Below, in pieces: positions 50,644-59,525 of a stretch of 64,000 nucleotides of DNA (positions are counted from its first letter, which is position 1; each line of letters opens with the position of its first letter). A model generated the notes under the pieces. That model had not been told where the DNA came from and ran no database searches. It worked only from the letters and a program-made list of their open reading frames with translations. The position numbers and the translations under genes are program-made. The stretch spans positions 326 through 64,325 of the forward strand of contig OMWM01000005.1 of assembly GCA_900314775.1 (NCBI GenBank), read 5' to 3'. Origin of the DNA: an uncultured Eubacteriales bacterium (GTDB lineage: Bacteria; Bacillota; Clostridia; Lachnospirales; Lachnospiraceae).

Positions 50644-53600
50644 AAATATATTGAAAAGCATTATTGATTTAATGCCGGAGATACAGCTCAGCTGTGATGC
50701 AGCTGAGCTTTTTGAACAGGTTGAATGCACGGATGTAAAAGCAGGTGCGGACCGCGAAAGCATCGAATTATACGTGGAGAGCACGCATCTGATCCCCTAT
50801 TCCTATAAAAAAGAGCTTACAAAGGCGGCCGAAAAAGTCCTGTCCGGCTTATACAGCGTCAGGATCTGCGAGCACTATACGCTGCCGCAGACGTATTCGG
50901 CGCCCGTCATTTTTGACATGTATTACGACAGCCTGCGCGAAGAACTGGAGGATCAGCACGTAGGTATGGCCAGCATACTGGAACGGGCGGATAAAGAATT
51001 CACGCAGGATAACATTCTGCAGCTGACGCTCGAGTGCGACCCTTTTATTGACCGTGAACTGAAGGAACTGAAATCCTATCTGCGCGGGATTTTCAGGCAG
51101 CGTTTCGGGCTTTCTGTTGAGATCAGGACTGTCCGCCTGCCGAAAAAGGAGAGCCGCAGCATGGCATTTGCCCGCGCCGAGATGGAAGCGCAGGCCGCGC
51201 AGATTGCGGCGCAGGCCGACGGCAGACTGCCGGCTGAAGACGGACAGCAGATGCAGGAAGAGACGAGTCAGGCAGCGGACATGGCAGGCGGCGCGGATCT
51301 GCCCTGGGATACCGAAGACGCATCTGCCGGCGATCGTAAGACAGACGCGGGCGGCAAGGATAAAAAGCGCGGAGAAGGTAAGAAAAAGAAAAAAGAAAAA
51401 CAGAAATTCCAGCACGACCCGGATGTATTTTACGGGCGGAGCTTTGACGGCGAATACACGGATATTGCCGAGATCACGGAAGAAATCGGCGATGTCATTA
51501 TCCGCGGCATGATCTTTGAGTCGGAGACTAGGTCGATTAAAAACGAGAAGACGCTGATTATTTTCTCGATCACCGATTTCACCGATTCGATCCGCGGCAA
51601 GCTTTTCGTGCCGAACGAGGAACTGGCGGATGTCCTGCCGCACCTGAGCGTCGGCTGTTTCATCAGTATGAAAGCGGGAACGGAATATGACCGCTATGAA
51701 AATGATGTCAGTCTCAGCCCGCGTGTCCGCGGCATGCGCGATATCCCGGATTTCCGCACGCAGCGGATGGATAACAGCCCCGTAAAGCGCGTGGAACTGC
51801 ACTGCCATACGATGATGAGCGATATGGATGCGGTGACCGATGTCGGAACACTGATCAAAACAGCGATGCGCTGGGGGCACACGGCCATGGCGGTGACGGA
51901 CCATGGCGTCGTGCAGGCATTCCCGGATGCCCACAAGGCGGCGGACGGGACAGACTTCAAGGTCATCTACGGCTGCGAAGGCTACCTTGTCAACGATGTC
52001 AAACAGATTGTCACGGATTCACGCGGACAGAGTCTTACAGGGCGTTACGTCGTATTTGATATCGAGACGACGGGCTTCAGCGCCAACAATGATATAATCA
52101 TCGAGATCGGCGCCGTCCGTTTTGAAAACGGAGAAGAGACAGGCCGTTTTTCGGAATTCGTCAATCCAGAGCGGCCGATACCGTATAAGATCGAGAAGCT
52201 GACCAGCATCAACGATGCCATGGTAGCCGGGGCAGAGACGATTGAAAAGATCCTGCCGCGCTTCATGGATTTCTGCAGCGGCGCCGTGCTCGTCGCGCAC
52301 AACGCGGATTTCGATACCGGATTCATACGGCACAACTGCGCCGTGCAGGGACTTCCGTTTGATTTCACTTACGTGGACACGCTGGCCCTTGCCCGGAGCT
52401 TTCTGACGGGACTTAAGAACTACAAACTGGATACGGTTGTCGAGGCGATGGGCTGCACGATCGGCCACCATCACCGCGCGGTCGATGACGCGGCCGCGAC
52501 GGCGGATGTCTTCATGGAATTTGTGAAGCGTCTGCGTAAAAGAGATATCAACGATCTGGACACGCTGAACAAGTACAGCAGCATGTCCGATGATGCCATA
52601 AAAAAGCAGAGAACGTTTCATATCATTCTGCTTGCGAAAAATGAAGTCGGGCGGATCAACCTTTACCGGCTCGTCTCCGAATCGCATGTGCGCTATTTTG
52701 CGCGCCGTCCGCGGATTCCGAAGAGCCTGCTGATGAAATATCGGGAGGGACTGATTATCGGTTCCGCCTGCCAGGCCGGCGAGCTCTATTCAGCTGTCGT
52801 GGAGGGAAGATCTGACGAGGAGATCGCACAGATTGTCCGTTTTTACGATTATCTGGAGATTCAGCCGACGGGCAACAACGAGTTCATGATTGAAAGCGAC
52901 AAGTTTGAAAATGTCAATTCGGTTGAGGATCTGCAGGAGCTGAACCGGAAGATCGTACAGCTGGGCGAACAGTTTGACAAACCGGTCTGTGCGACCTGCG
53001 ATGTGCATTTTCAGAATCCGGAGGATGAGATCTACCGCCGCATTATCATGTATAATAAGGATTTTGCCGATGCCGACCGGCAGCCGCCGCTGTATCTGCG
53101 CACGACAGAGGAGATGCTGGACGAATTCTCCTACCTGGGCTCAAAGAAGGCGGAGGAGGTCGTCATCACCAACACCAACCTGATTGCGGATATGATCGAC
53201 CGCATTTCTCCGGTCCGGCCGGACAAATGCCCGCCGGTCATCGAAAATTCGGATGGCATTCTCCGTGACATCTGCTACAACAGGGCGCACGAAATCTACG
53301 GCGAGAACCTGCCGGAGATCGTGACAGAGCGTCTGGAGAGAGAGCTGACTTCCATTATCGGCAACGGCTTTGCGGTCATGTATATCATTGCGCAGAAGCT
53401 GGTATGGAAATCCGTCGCGGACGGCTATCTTGTCGGTTCGCGAGGTTCGGTCGGCTCTTCGTTTGTCGCCTACCTGGCCGGCATCACGGAAGTTAATTCG
53501 CTGCAGGCGCATTATCTTTGCCCGAACTGTCACTATGTTGATTTCGATTCGGATTATGTAAAGAGCTTTGCCGGGCGGTCCGGCTGTGACATGGAGGACC

Positions 53601-55162
53601 GCAATTGTCCGGTTTGCGGGCACCCGCTGAACAAGGAAGGACACGATATTCCGTTCGAGACGTTCCTCGGCTTCAAGGGCAACAAGGAACCGGATATCGA
53701 TCTGAATTTCTCCGGCGATTACCAGAGCAAGGCGCATGCCTATACCGAGGTTATTTTCGGCAAAGGCAAGACCTTCCGTGCCGGCACGGTCGGCACGCTG
53801 GCGGATAAAACCGCTTACGGCTATACCATGCATTATTTTGAAGAGCATGGCATTCACAAACGAAAATGTGAGATTGCGCGTATCGCGTCGGGCTGCGTCG
53901 GCGTGCGGCGGACAACCGGACAGCATCCGGGCGGCATCATCGTACTGCCGCATGGTGAGGAAATTTATTCCTTCACCCCGATTCAGCATCCGGCCAATGA
54001 CCCGAACACGCGTATCGTCACGACGCATTTCGATTACCATAAGATCGATCACAACCTGCTGAAACTCGATATCCTCGGCCATGATGATCCGACCATGATC
54101 CGTATGCTGGAGGATATCACCGGCAAGGATGTCAAAGAAATCCGCATGGATGATCCGAAGGTCCTTTCCCTGTTCCAGGGGCTGGACGCGCTTGGCATAC
54201 AGCCGGAGGACATCGGCGGAACGGATCTGGGGTCGCTCGCCATACCGGAATTCGGCACGGATTTTGCGATGCAGATGCTCAAGGACACAAAACCGCAGGC
54301 ATTTTCCGATCTTGTCCGTATTGCCGGCCTGGCGCACGGCACCGATGTGTGGCTCGGCAACGCGCAGACGCTGATCAAAGAGGGGAAAGCGGTCATTTCC
54401 ACGGCGATCTGTACGCGTGATGATATCATGATGTATCTGATCGGAAAGGGCATTGACTCAGAGCAGTCCTTCAAGATCATGGAGGCTGTGCGTAAGGGAA
54501 AAGGCCTCAAACCGGAGTGGGAGACGCTCATGACCGAACACGGCGTGCCGGACTGGTATATCTGGTCCTGCAAGAAGATCAAATACATGTTCCCGAAGGC
54601 GCATGCGGTTGCCTATGTCATGATGGGTATGCGTATTGCCTGGTTCAAGGTGTATATGCCGCTGGCTTTCTATGCCGCATGGTTTACAATCCGCGCGACG
54701 GCGTTCAGCTATGAACAGATGTGCTTCGGCAAGGAGAAGCTTGACCGGCTTCTGAAAGATCTGCGCGACCGCGAGGAACGCTCCAAGAAAGACCGGTCCG
54801 TACCGAAACTTTCTCCTAAAGAAGAGGAGACGATCAAGACGATGCGTGTCGTACAGGAATTTTATGCGCGCGGCTTCGAATTTCTGCCGATCGATCCGGC
54901 CGCTTCGGACCCGATCAAATTCAGTGTCGTCGACGGAAAGCTGCTGCCGCCGCTCAATTCAATCGAAGGCATGGGCAACACCGCGGCGATATCGCTTTCT
55001 GATGCGGCGAAAGAGGGACCGTTCCTCTCCAAGCAGGATGTCAGAACCCGCGGCAAGGTTTCGCAGACGATTGTGGATTATATGGTGCAGCTCGGTATTT
55101 TCAAGGATCTGCCTGAAGATAACCAGCTGTCTATCTTCGACCTTGGTTTTTCAAGGGATTAA
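50615..55162 (+). CDS. polC: DNA polymerase III PolC-type alpha subunit
   Basis: PHP domain, 3'-5' exonuclease ([16 protein letters not shown]), zinc-finger CPNC..CPVCG, polymerase core; ~90-aa charged low-complexity linker; start unresolved (TTG 50615 overlapping ispG, TTG 50651 or ATG 50672). Confidence 0.95.
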   Translation: MITGTIRRFENILKSIIDLMPEIQLSCDAAELFEQVECTDVKAGADRESIELYVESTHLIPYSYKKELTKAAEKVLSGLYSVRICEHYTLPQTYSAPVIFDMYYDSLREELEDQHVGMASILERADKEFTQDNILQLTLECDPFIDRELKELKSYLRGIFRQRFGLSVEIRTVRLPKKESRSMAFARAEMEAQAAQIAAQADGRLPAEDGQQMQEETSQAADMAGGADLPWDTEDASAGDRKTDAGGKDKKRGEGKKKKKEKQKFQHDPDVFYGRSFDGEYTDIAEITEEIGDVIIRGMIFESETRSIKNEKTLIIFSITDFTDSIRGKLFVPNEELADVLPHLSVGCFISMKAGTEYDRYENDVSLSPRVRGMRDIPDFRTQRMDNSPVKRVELHCHTMMSDMDAVTDVGTLIKTAMRWGHTAMAVTDHGVVQAFPDAHKAADGTDFKVIYGCEGYLVNDVKQIVTDSRGQSLTGRYVVFDIETTGFSANNDIIIEIGAVRFENGEETGRFSEFVNPERPIPYKIEKLTSINDAMVAGAETIEKILPRFMDFCSGAVLVAHNADFDTGFIRHNCAVQGLPFDFTYVDTLALARSFLTGLKNYKLDTVVEAMGCTIGHHHRAVDDAAATADVFMEFVKRLRKRDINDLDTLNKYSSMSDDAIKKQRTFHIILLAKNEVGRINLYRLVSESHVRYFARRPRIPKSLLMKYREGLIIGSACQAGELYSAVVEGRSDEEIAQIVRFYDYLEIQPTGNNEFMIESDKFENVNSVEDLQELNRKIVQLGEQFDKPVCATCDVHFQNPEDEIYRRIIMYNKDFADADRQPPLYLRTTEEMLDEFSYLGSKKAEEVVITNTNLIADMIDRISPVRPDKCPPVIENSDGILRDICYNRAHEIYGENLPEIVTERLERELTSIIGNGFAVMYIIAQKLVWKSVADGYLVGSRGSVGSSFVAYLAGITEVNSLQAHYLCPNCHYVDFDSDYVKSFAGRSGCDMEDRNCPVCGHPLNKEGHDIPFETFLGFKGNKEPDIDLNFSGDYQSKAHAYTEVIFGKGKTFRAGTVGTLADKTAYGYTMHYFEEHGIHKRKCEIARIASGCVGVRRTTGQHPGGIIVLPHGEEIYSFTPIQHPANDPNTRIVTTHFDYHKIDHNLLKLDILGHDDPTMIRMLEDITGKDVKEIRMDDPKVLSLFQGLDALGIQPEDIGGTDLGSLAIPEFGTDFAMQMLKDTKPQAFSDLVRIAGLAHGTDVWLGNAQTLIKEGKAVISTAICTRDDIMMYLIGKGIDSEQSFKIMEAVRKGKGLKPEWETLMTEHGVPDWYIWSCKKIKYMFPKAHAVAYVMMGMRIAWFKVYMPLAFYAAWFTIRATAFSYEQMCFGKEKLDRLLKDLRDREERSKKDRSVPKLSPKEEETIKTMRVVQEFYARGFEFLPIDPAASDPIKFSVVDGKLLPPLNSIEGMGNTAAISLSDAAKEGPFLSKQDVRTRGKVSQTIVDYMVQLGIFKDLPEDNQLSIFDLGFSRD

Positions 55163-55210
55163 TAAACGGGCCATAAGCCCGGCAAGAACAGGAAGGGCAT
55201 TTCAGTAGAA

Positions 55211-57178
55211 ATGGGACATAAGAAGGAGAAAAAGAACAGCAGGCAGAAAGGCAGCCTGAAAAATGCGCTGCTGTATCTGGCTGTAATGGTTGGTATTTTT
55301 ATTTACAGCCTGTTAAGCGGCGGAGCGGACGACGGCTTTATGCCATGGTATATGCTGAGCATCGTGATTATTGCGGCAGCTTTCCCGTGCGCGCTGCTGA
55401 TTCACCGGCTGCCTGTACCCGTGCAGATCATACTGACCGCAGCGGTGCCGGCCTGCACCTTTGTTCTGACGGAAAATTTTACACATCGAATGAATGAAAT
55501 GTGGCCGGGACCGGTGGCGCTGAACCTGATTTTATATTATCTGCTGTTTATCTGGCTGATTCTGCTTCTGGGCTCTGTCAGGCTGGCTGTCCGGATCGGG
55601 ATGGTAACCATCGCCTCGTTCGGCCTGCTCGATTATTTTATAAAACTGTTTCGCGGCCAGCCGATTTTCCCATGGGATTTCAATTCGATCGGTGTGGCCT
55701 TCAGCGTGGCCGGTCAGCAGCATTACACGATCTCGGCAGGGGCGCTGAACGTCATTCTGCTTGTAATTTTTTATTACATGATGATGGGCAGGGTTACGCT
55801 GCGCATCAGCAGCAGGAAAGTCCGGATTGCCGGCGGCAGCATCATGACGGCGGCCGTAATCGGTTTCTGCGCTTACCTGCAGACCGAACAGGTGACAGAA
55901 GATTTCAGCACGGACAAGACGCTGTTCACGCCGAATGTATTTTACAGGAATAACGGCCTGCTGGTCAGTTTTCTGATGGACATGCGTTATCTGAACGTTG
56001 AAAAGCCGGAGGGATATACCGCCGACCAGGTGCAGCAGATCGAGCAGCAGCTCGCCGGGGAAAATGAAAAGACCGATTATCAGGTCAGCGAGGAAAGTCC
56101 GAACATCATTGTGATCATGAACGAGTCTTTTTCCGATCTTTCCGTGCTCGGTGACTTTGAGACGAACGAGGATTACATGCCGTATATCCATTCGATGCAG
56201 GAAAATACGCAGAAAGGATGGATGTATTCATCTGTAAAGGGCGGCAATACAGCCAACACGGAGTTCGAATTTCTTACCGGTATGTCCATGTATTTTCTGC
56301 CGATCGGCAGTGTGCCGTATCAGCAGTATATCCGGTCTGAAGTGCCGGCGCTGCCGGCGCAGCTCAGCAGTCTTGGCTATACATCGGTATCCATGCATCC
56401 GTATTACGGGAGCGGATGGAACCGTGATAAGATCTATGGTTTTTTCGGCTTTGACCGTTCTCTGTTTCTCGACTCCTTTTACAGTGCCGAGCGAATCCGG
56501 GATTTCGTGAGCGACCGTGCGATATATCAGAAGGTGGAAAATCTGTATGAGACCAAAGACAGCGATGAGCGGCTTTTCGTCTTCAATGTGACGATGCAGA
56601 ACCATGGCGGCTACACGCGGCAGTATGCGGATTTTCAGTCGGATATAACGGTGACAGACGGCACGGGAACGTACCTGCAGGCAACCGAGCAGTACCTGTC
56701 GCTGATCAAGGAGTCGGATCAGGCTTTCGGGGAGCTGATCGACCATTTCAGCCAGCAGGACGAGCCGACGATCATCCTGATGTTCGGCGACCATCAGCCG
56801 TCCGACTACGTCGTGGAGTCCGTCGACGGGCGCACTTCGGATGACCTGGAAAATCAGCAGAAGCAGTACGAGGTGCCGTATATCCTCTGGGCCAATTATG
56901 ATATCGATGAGGCAGAGGGCGATGTCACGAGCGCCAATTATCTGGGCGTGAAACTGCTGCAGACGGCAGGCATACCGCTGACAGACTTCCAGTACTATCT
57001 GTCTGCACTGCAGGAAAAAGTCCCTGCAGTCACGGCCAATATGGGCATTGGAGCAGACGGCACATTTTATGCGCGCGGCGATGCGCAGCTGGATGAACTT
57101 CTGCATGACTACAGTCTGATGGAATACAACGACCTGAAAGATACGGACAACAGAGTGGATGCACTGTTTTCTTACTGA
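55211..57178 (+). CDS. LTA synthase-family membrane sulfatase/phosphoglycerol transferase
   Basis: 655-aa ORF; N-terminal multi-TM region and extracytoplasmic alkaline-phosphatase-superfamily domain (NIIVIMNESFSD, MFGDHQP). Confidence 0.8.
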   Translation: MGHKKEKKNSRQKGSLKNALLYLAVMVGIFIYSLLSGGADDGFMPWYMLSIVIIAAAFPCALLIHRLPVPVQIILTAAVPACTFVLTENFTHRMNEMWPGPVALNLILYYLLFIWLILLLGSVRLAVRIGMVTIASFGLLDYFIKLFRGQPIFPWDFNSIGVAFSVAGQQHYTISAGALNVILLVIFYYMMMGRVTLRISSRKVRIAGGSIMTAAVIGFCAYLQTEQVTEDFSTDKTLFTPNVFYRNNGLLVSFLMDMRYLNVEKPEGYTADQVQQIEQQLAGENEKTDYQVSEESPNIIVIMNESFSDLSVLGDFETNEDYMPYIHSMQENTQKGWMYSSVKGGNTANTEFEFLTGMSMYFLPIGSVPYQQYIRSEVPALPAQLSSLGYTSVSMHPYYGSGWNRDKIYGFFGFDRSLFLDSFYSAERIRDFVSDRAIYQKVENLYETKDSDERLFVFNVTMQNHGGYTRQYADFQSDITVTDGTGTYLQATEQYLSLIKESDQAFGELIDHFSQQDEPTIILMFGDHQPSDYVVESVDGRTSDDLENQQKQYEVPYILWANYDIDEAEGDVTSANYLGVKLLQTAGIPLTDFQYYLSALQEKVPAVTANMGIGADGTFYARGDAQLDELLHDYSLMEYNDLKDTDNRVDALFSY

Positions 57179-57214
57179 TTGCAGCATTTATAAAGAAGAA
57201 ATTCCGTAAAAATG

Positions 57215-57243
57215 TTGTATTTTGAAATTGACCATGCTATAAT
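57215..57243 (+). promoter_or_regulatory. putative sigma-A promoter of rimP-nusA-infB operon
   Basis: TTGTAT - 17 nt - TATAAT with TG extended -10 (TGCTATAAT). Confidence 0.6.
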
Positions 57244-57268
57244 GTTTCAGAAGTATATTGATTTGGGC

Positions 57269-57294
57269 AAAGAGTGAACGCGAGTTCACTCTTT
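57269..57294 (+). promoter_or_regulatory. leader hairpin upstream of rimP (candidate attenuator)
   Basis: Perfect 11-bp stem AAAGAGTGAAC / GTTCACTCTTT with GCGA tetraloop, followed by interrupted T tract GTTCGTGTT. Confidence 0.55.
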
Positions 57295-57333
57295 GTTCGT
57301 GTTAGGAGTTCGTTTCTGAAATCGGGGTGTACA

Positions 57334-57798
57334 GTGGCTAAAAGAGATTATGAGAAGAGAACAGAAGAATTGCTGAAGCCTATTCTGGAAGAGAATCATC
57401 TGACTCTCTGGGATGTGGAATGGGTGAAGGAAGCAGGAGATTTCCATCTCCGCGCGTATATCGATAAAGAGGGCGGCGTGACCATCGACGACTGTGAGAC
57501 GGTAAGCCGTGCACTTGAGAAGCAGCTGGATGCGCAGGATTTCATCAAAGAGAATTATATACTTGAAGTGAGTTCGCCGGGGCTCGACCGGCCTCTTAAG
57601 AAGGACCGTGATTTTGCACGCAGCATCGGCAAGGACGTTGAGATCCGGTTTTACCGGCAGATCGACGGGGTGAAAGAACTCACAGGCAGCTTAAGCAGTT
57701 ACAGCGCCGATACCGTGACGGTCAGATTGGAGGACGGCTCAGAGAAAGTCCTGAACCGATCGGACATCGCCCGTATTCGTCTGGCGTTTTACTTCTGA
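57334..57798 (+). CDS. rimP: ribosome maturation factor RimP
   Basis: RimP pattern (..LWDVEWVKEAGDFHLRAYIDKEGGVTIDDCE..); start placed at GTG 57334; ORF-track GTG 57274 lies inside the leader hairpin. Confidence 0.85.
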   Translation: MAKRDYEKRTEELLKPILEENHLTLWDVEWVKEAGDFHLRAYIDKEGGVTIDDCETVSRALEKQLDAQDFIKENYILEVSSPGLDRPLKKDRDFARSIGKDVEIRFYRQIDGVKELTGSLSSYSADTVTVRLEDGSEKVLNRSDIARIRLAFYF

Positions 57799-57827
57799 GA
57801 TACAGTAAGGAGGAATCATACAGAAAC

Positions 57828-58922
57828 ATGGATACGAAATTTGAGCTGATCGCGGCTATCAACGAGATTGAAAAGGAAAAGGGCATTGATAAGGAGATCC
57901 TGATCGAAGCTCTCGAGAATTCCATCGTGGATGCCTGCAAGGCCGAGATTGAAAATGCTGCCGATAAGGATGCAGCAGGCAGTAAGGGCAGCAAGAGTAC
58001 GTTTACCGGGAATATTCAGGCCGTTATTGACCGCAGTACCGGTGAGGTGAATGTTTTCAGAGAGAAGACGGTTGTGGAGGAAGTCACGGATCCTCAGACA
58101 GAGATCAGCCTCAGTGAGGCACAGATGCGCGACCCGATGAAGCAGCCGGGGGACATTGTACGCGAGAAGGTCGTTATGAAGAATTTCGGACGGATCGCGG
58201 CCCAGAAGGCAAAGCAGGTTCTTGTGCAGAAGATCCGCGAGGAGGAGCGCAAGACAGTCAATGAAGAATATGCAGAACTTGAGAAAGAGGTTGTAACCGG
58301 CATTGTGCAGCGTTACAAAGACGGCGATTACAATCTGAATCTCGGCAGAATCGATACGGTGCTGAAGGCCAGTGAGCAGACGCCGGGTGAGGTTTTCCGC
58401 CCGACCGAACGTATCAAGGTCTATATCAGCAGAGTCGACAAGACGACCAGAGGACCGCGTCTGATTGTTTCCAGAAGGAACAAGGAGCTTGTACGCAAGC
58501 TTTTCGAAGAAGAAGTAGCCGAGATCAAGGACGGTACGGTGGAGATCAGAGCGATTTCCCGTGAGCCGGGCATCCGCTCCAAGATTGCCGTCAGCTCCAA
58601 CAACAAGGACGTCGATCCGGTCGGTTCCTGCGTCGGTGTCAACGGTGCCCGTGTCAATGCCGTTGTGGATGAACTGTACGGCGAGAAAATCGATGTGATC
58701 AAGTGGGATGATGATCCTGCGAAGCTGATCGAAAATGCACTGAGTCCGGCAACCGTTGTTTCCGTGGATGTGGATACAGAAGAGAAGACAGCCCGGATTG
58801 TCGTGCCGGATTATCAGCTTTCTCTTGCAATCGGCAAGGATGGTCTGAATGCGAAGCTTGCTGCGAAGCTGACAGGCTACAAGATCGACATCAAGAGTGA
58901 ATCACAGGCATACGGAGACTGA
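57828..58922 (+). CDS. nusA: transcription termination/antitermination factor NusA
   Basis: N-terminal RNAP-binding domain, S1 and two KH domains; 364 aa. Confidence 0.95.
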   Translation: MDTKFELIAAINEIEKEKGIDKEILIEALENSIVDACKAEIENAADKDAAGSKGSKSTFTGNIQAVIDRSTGEVNVFREKTVVEEVTDPQTEISLSEAQMRDPMKQPGDIVREKVVMKNFGRIAAQKAKQVLVQKIREEERKTVNEEYAELEKEVVTGIVQRYKDGDYNLNLGRIDTVLKASEQTPGEVFRPTERIKVYISRVDKTTRGPRLIVSRRNKELVRKLFEEEVAEIKDGTVEIRAISREPGIRSKIAVSSNNKDVDPVGSCVGVNGARVNAVVDELYGEKIDVIKWDDDPAKLIENALSPATVVSVDVDTEEKTARIVVPDYQLSLAIGKDGLNAKLAAKLTGYKIDIKSESQAYGD

Positions 58923-58923
58923 T

Positions 58924-59193
58924 ATGAAGAAAGTTCCGATGCGGCAGTGTGTCGGCTGCCGTGAGATGAAAGACAAAAAGGACATGATCCGCGTGATCAG
59001 GACCGCAGACGGTGAAGTCTGTATCGATGAAAGCGGACGGAAAAACGGGCGCGGCGCCTATATCTGCCGCAGCCAGGCATGCCTTGACAAGGCGGTTTCC
59101 GGACACGGCCTCGAGCGGTCCCTGAAGACACAGATCAGCCCCGATATTTATAAGAAACTGCAGGAGGAGATGAAGCGGCTTGGAGAAGAATGA
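58924..59193 (+). CDS. ylxR: YlxR/RnpM family RNA-binding protein (DUF448)
   Basis: MKKVPMRQCVGCRE.. motif and GRGAYIC; ATG 58924 one nt after the nusA stop. Confidence 0.85.
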   Translation: MKKVPMRQCVGCREMKDKKDMIRVIRTADGEVCIDESGRKNGRGAYICRSQACLDKAVSGHGLERSLKTQISPDIYKKLQEEMKRLGEE

Positions 59194-59506
59194 CAAAGCG
59201 TTAGCGCTTCTCGGACTCGCAACGAGAGCGGGCAAGACGCTGGCCGGGGAAGTTCAGGTAATGGAAGCGATCCGGAAGAGAAAGGCCGCACTTGTGATTG
59301 CGGCATCTGATGCCTCCGATAATACCAGAAAAGCAGTTGCAGATAAATGTGGTTACTACGGAATTCCCGTTCTTATATATGCGGACAAGGACAGTCTCGG
59401 AAGATATACCGGAAGGGGATATACGGCGATCGCTGCGGTGACAGACCGCGGTTTTGCCGCGAAGATCGGTAAACTGATAGAAGAGAATAACAACCGGATG
59501 TCCTGA
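59180..59506 (+). CDS. ylxQ: L7Ae-family ribosomal-protein-like RNA-binding protein (YlxQ)
   Basis: 108-aa ORF with L7Ae pattern (LLGLATRAGK..); TTG start overlapping the ylxR end; conserved position before infB. Confidence 0.8.
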   Translation: MEKNDKALALLGLATRAGKTLAGEVQVMEAIRKRKAALVIAASDASDNTRKAVADKCGYYGIPVLIYADKDSLGRYTGRGYTAIAAVTDRGFAAKIGKLIEENNNRMS

Positions 59507-59525
59507 TACGTTACGGAGGTAGCTT

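Noticed and set aside
57274-57333. N-terminal 20-aa extension of rimP from GTG 57274 (ORF-track start)
   Set aside because: The GTG sits inside the 11-bp leader hairpin and lacks an SD. The conserved RimP sequence begins after in-frame GTG 57334.
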